Shown in pieces: positions 31,339 to 32,000 of a DNA stretch of 32,000 nt (positions are counted from its first letter, which is position 1; the number at the start of each line of letters is the position of its first letter). Under the pieces are notes generated by a model. The model saw nothing but the letters and a program-made list of their open reading frames with translations. It was not told the DNA's origin and searched no databases. A program made the position numbers and the translations under genes. Source of the stretch: Halorhodospira halophila SL1 (GTDB taxonomy: Bacteria > Pseudomonadota > Gammaproteobacteria > Nitrococcales > Halorhodospiraceae); assembly GCF_000015585.1 (NCBI RefSeq), contig NC_008789.1, forward strand, positions 420,001 through 452,000, in the 5' to 3' direction.

Positions 31339-32000
31339 ATGCACCCGAGACAAATCCGCACCATCCGGCCGCTGTTCACGTACTCCAGCCTGGTCGCGCT
31401 CGTTACACTCAGCGCGGCGGTCAAAGCCGATGACCCCCCGGCGGAACTGCCGGAGGTCTTGGTCGAACCCCCCGAGGAGACGGAAGGCAGCGGCACCGAG
31501 CGGAGCGCACGCCAGCAATCCCATCGCCTGCACGACCTCTTCCGTGGGGATTCCGAGACCCACGTCAGCGGCCCGCGGCAGGCCCAGCGCCTCTATCTGC
31601 GCGGCATCGAGGGCAGTCAAACCCAGATCACCATCGACGGCGCCCGCCAGGGCCGCGACCTGCACAACCACCGCGGCGGCCTGAGCGGGATCGACCCCGC
31701 CTTCCTGCGCCGGGCTGATGCCGAACCCGGTCCGCCGGCGGCCGATGACGGCCACGGGGCCACCGGAGGCTCCGTGCGCTTCGAGACCATCGACGCCGGC
31801 GACCTGGTCGATCCCGAGACCGGCTACGGGGGCTTCGCCCGCGGCGTTCGGGGCAGCGCCGCCGATTCCCTGACCACCAGCGCCGCGGGCGCCATCCAAC
31901 CCACGGATCGCGTCGGCCTGCTGGTCGGGGGCAGCTACACTTCATTGGACGATTACCGCGTCGGCGGCGGGGATATCAAGGAGTACACCGGCTACGACGA
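31339..32000 (+). CDS. Second TonB-dependent receptor (partial; continues beyond the right edge), hemin-receptor position after hemP
   Basis: Not in the ORF track because it is open at the window end. Manual translation from the ATG at 31339 (GGAG 10 nt upstream) gives MHPRQIRTIRPLFTYSSLVALVTLSAAVKADDPPAELPEVLVEPP...LYLRGIEGSQTQITIDGARQ...GATGGSVRFETIDAGDLV. This is a signal peptide, a TonB-box-like EVLVE, and plug-domain motifs. The 233-aa minus ORF at 31198..31899 is its shadow. Confidence 0.85.
   Translation, partial: MHPRQIRTIRPLFTYSSLVALVTLSAAVKADDPPAELPEVLVEPPEETEGSGTERSARQQSHRLHDLFRGDSETHVSGPRQAQRLYLRGIEGSQTQITIDGARQGRDLHNHRGGLSGIDPAFLRRADAEPGPPAADDGHGATGGSVRFETIDAGDLVDPETGYGGFARGVRGSAADSLTTSAAGAIQPTDRVGLLVGGSYTSLDDYRVGGGDIKEYTGYD

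Noticed and set aside
31198-31899. 233-aa minus ORF at the right end
   Set aside because: It is antisense to the manually translated second TonB-dependent receptor, which has a signal peptide and plug motifs and follows hemP, as expected.

Overview
This is a visibly GC-rich, proteobacterial-type chromosomal window. Third codon positions are almost all G/C, and nearly every real gene casts a long antisense 'shadow' ORF. I found no rRNA, tRNA, CRISPR array, transposase or integrase.

(1) Positions 1-19.8 kb are a dense signal-transduction and c-di-GMP neighbourhood:
- a multi-PAS histidine kinase, cut by the left edge and absent from the ORF track
- a SAM methyltransferase
- a PAS-GGDEF-EAL protein
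- an MFS transporter
- a REC-GGDEF diguanylate cyclase directly upstream of a 1266-aa hybrid kinase (PAS x n, HisKA, HATPase, two receivers, Hpt)
- a convergent, 3'-overlapping second hybrid 'kinase' whose phospho-acceptor His and Asp both appear substituted
- a BON protein
- a PAS protein followed by an orphan CheR-type methyltransferase
- a LysE exporter
- an HD-GYP protein whose HD dyad appears lost

(2) Positions 19.9-22.6 kb hold small miscellaneous genes: an HExxH metallopeptidase, a CPXCG Cys-rich protein, an SRPBCC protein and a DUF2269-like membrane protein.

(3) Positions 22.8-32 kb are a heme-acquisition locus. A seven-gene minus-strand operon runs TonB-dependent receptor, ChuW/HutW-like radical SAM enzyme, ChuX/HutX-like protein, NAD(P)-binding ChuY-like reductase, ECF S component, EcfT, then a fused double ATPase. 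It is transcribed divergently from hemP plus a second TonB-dependent receptor that is cut by the right edge. Fur-box-like sequences sit in the shared intergenic region.

The best candidate for something new is the coupling of an outer-membrane heme receptor and the anaerobic heme-degradation genes to an ECF-type importer, rather than the canonical periplasmic-binding-protein ABC system.

Secondary oddities are the pseudo-kinase, the degenerate HD-GYP and GGDEF sites, and a small lower-GC ORF carrying an in-frame 9-bp tandem repeat that encodes (His-Glu-Leu)n.

All family assignments come from reading motifs by eye. No database search was run.
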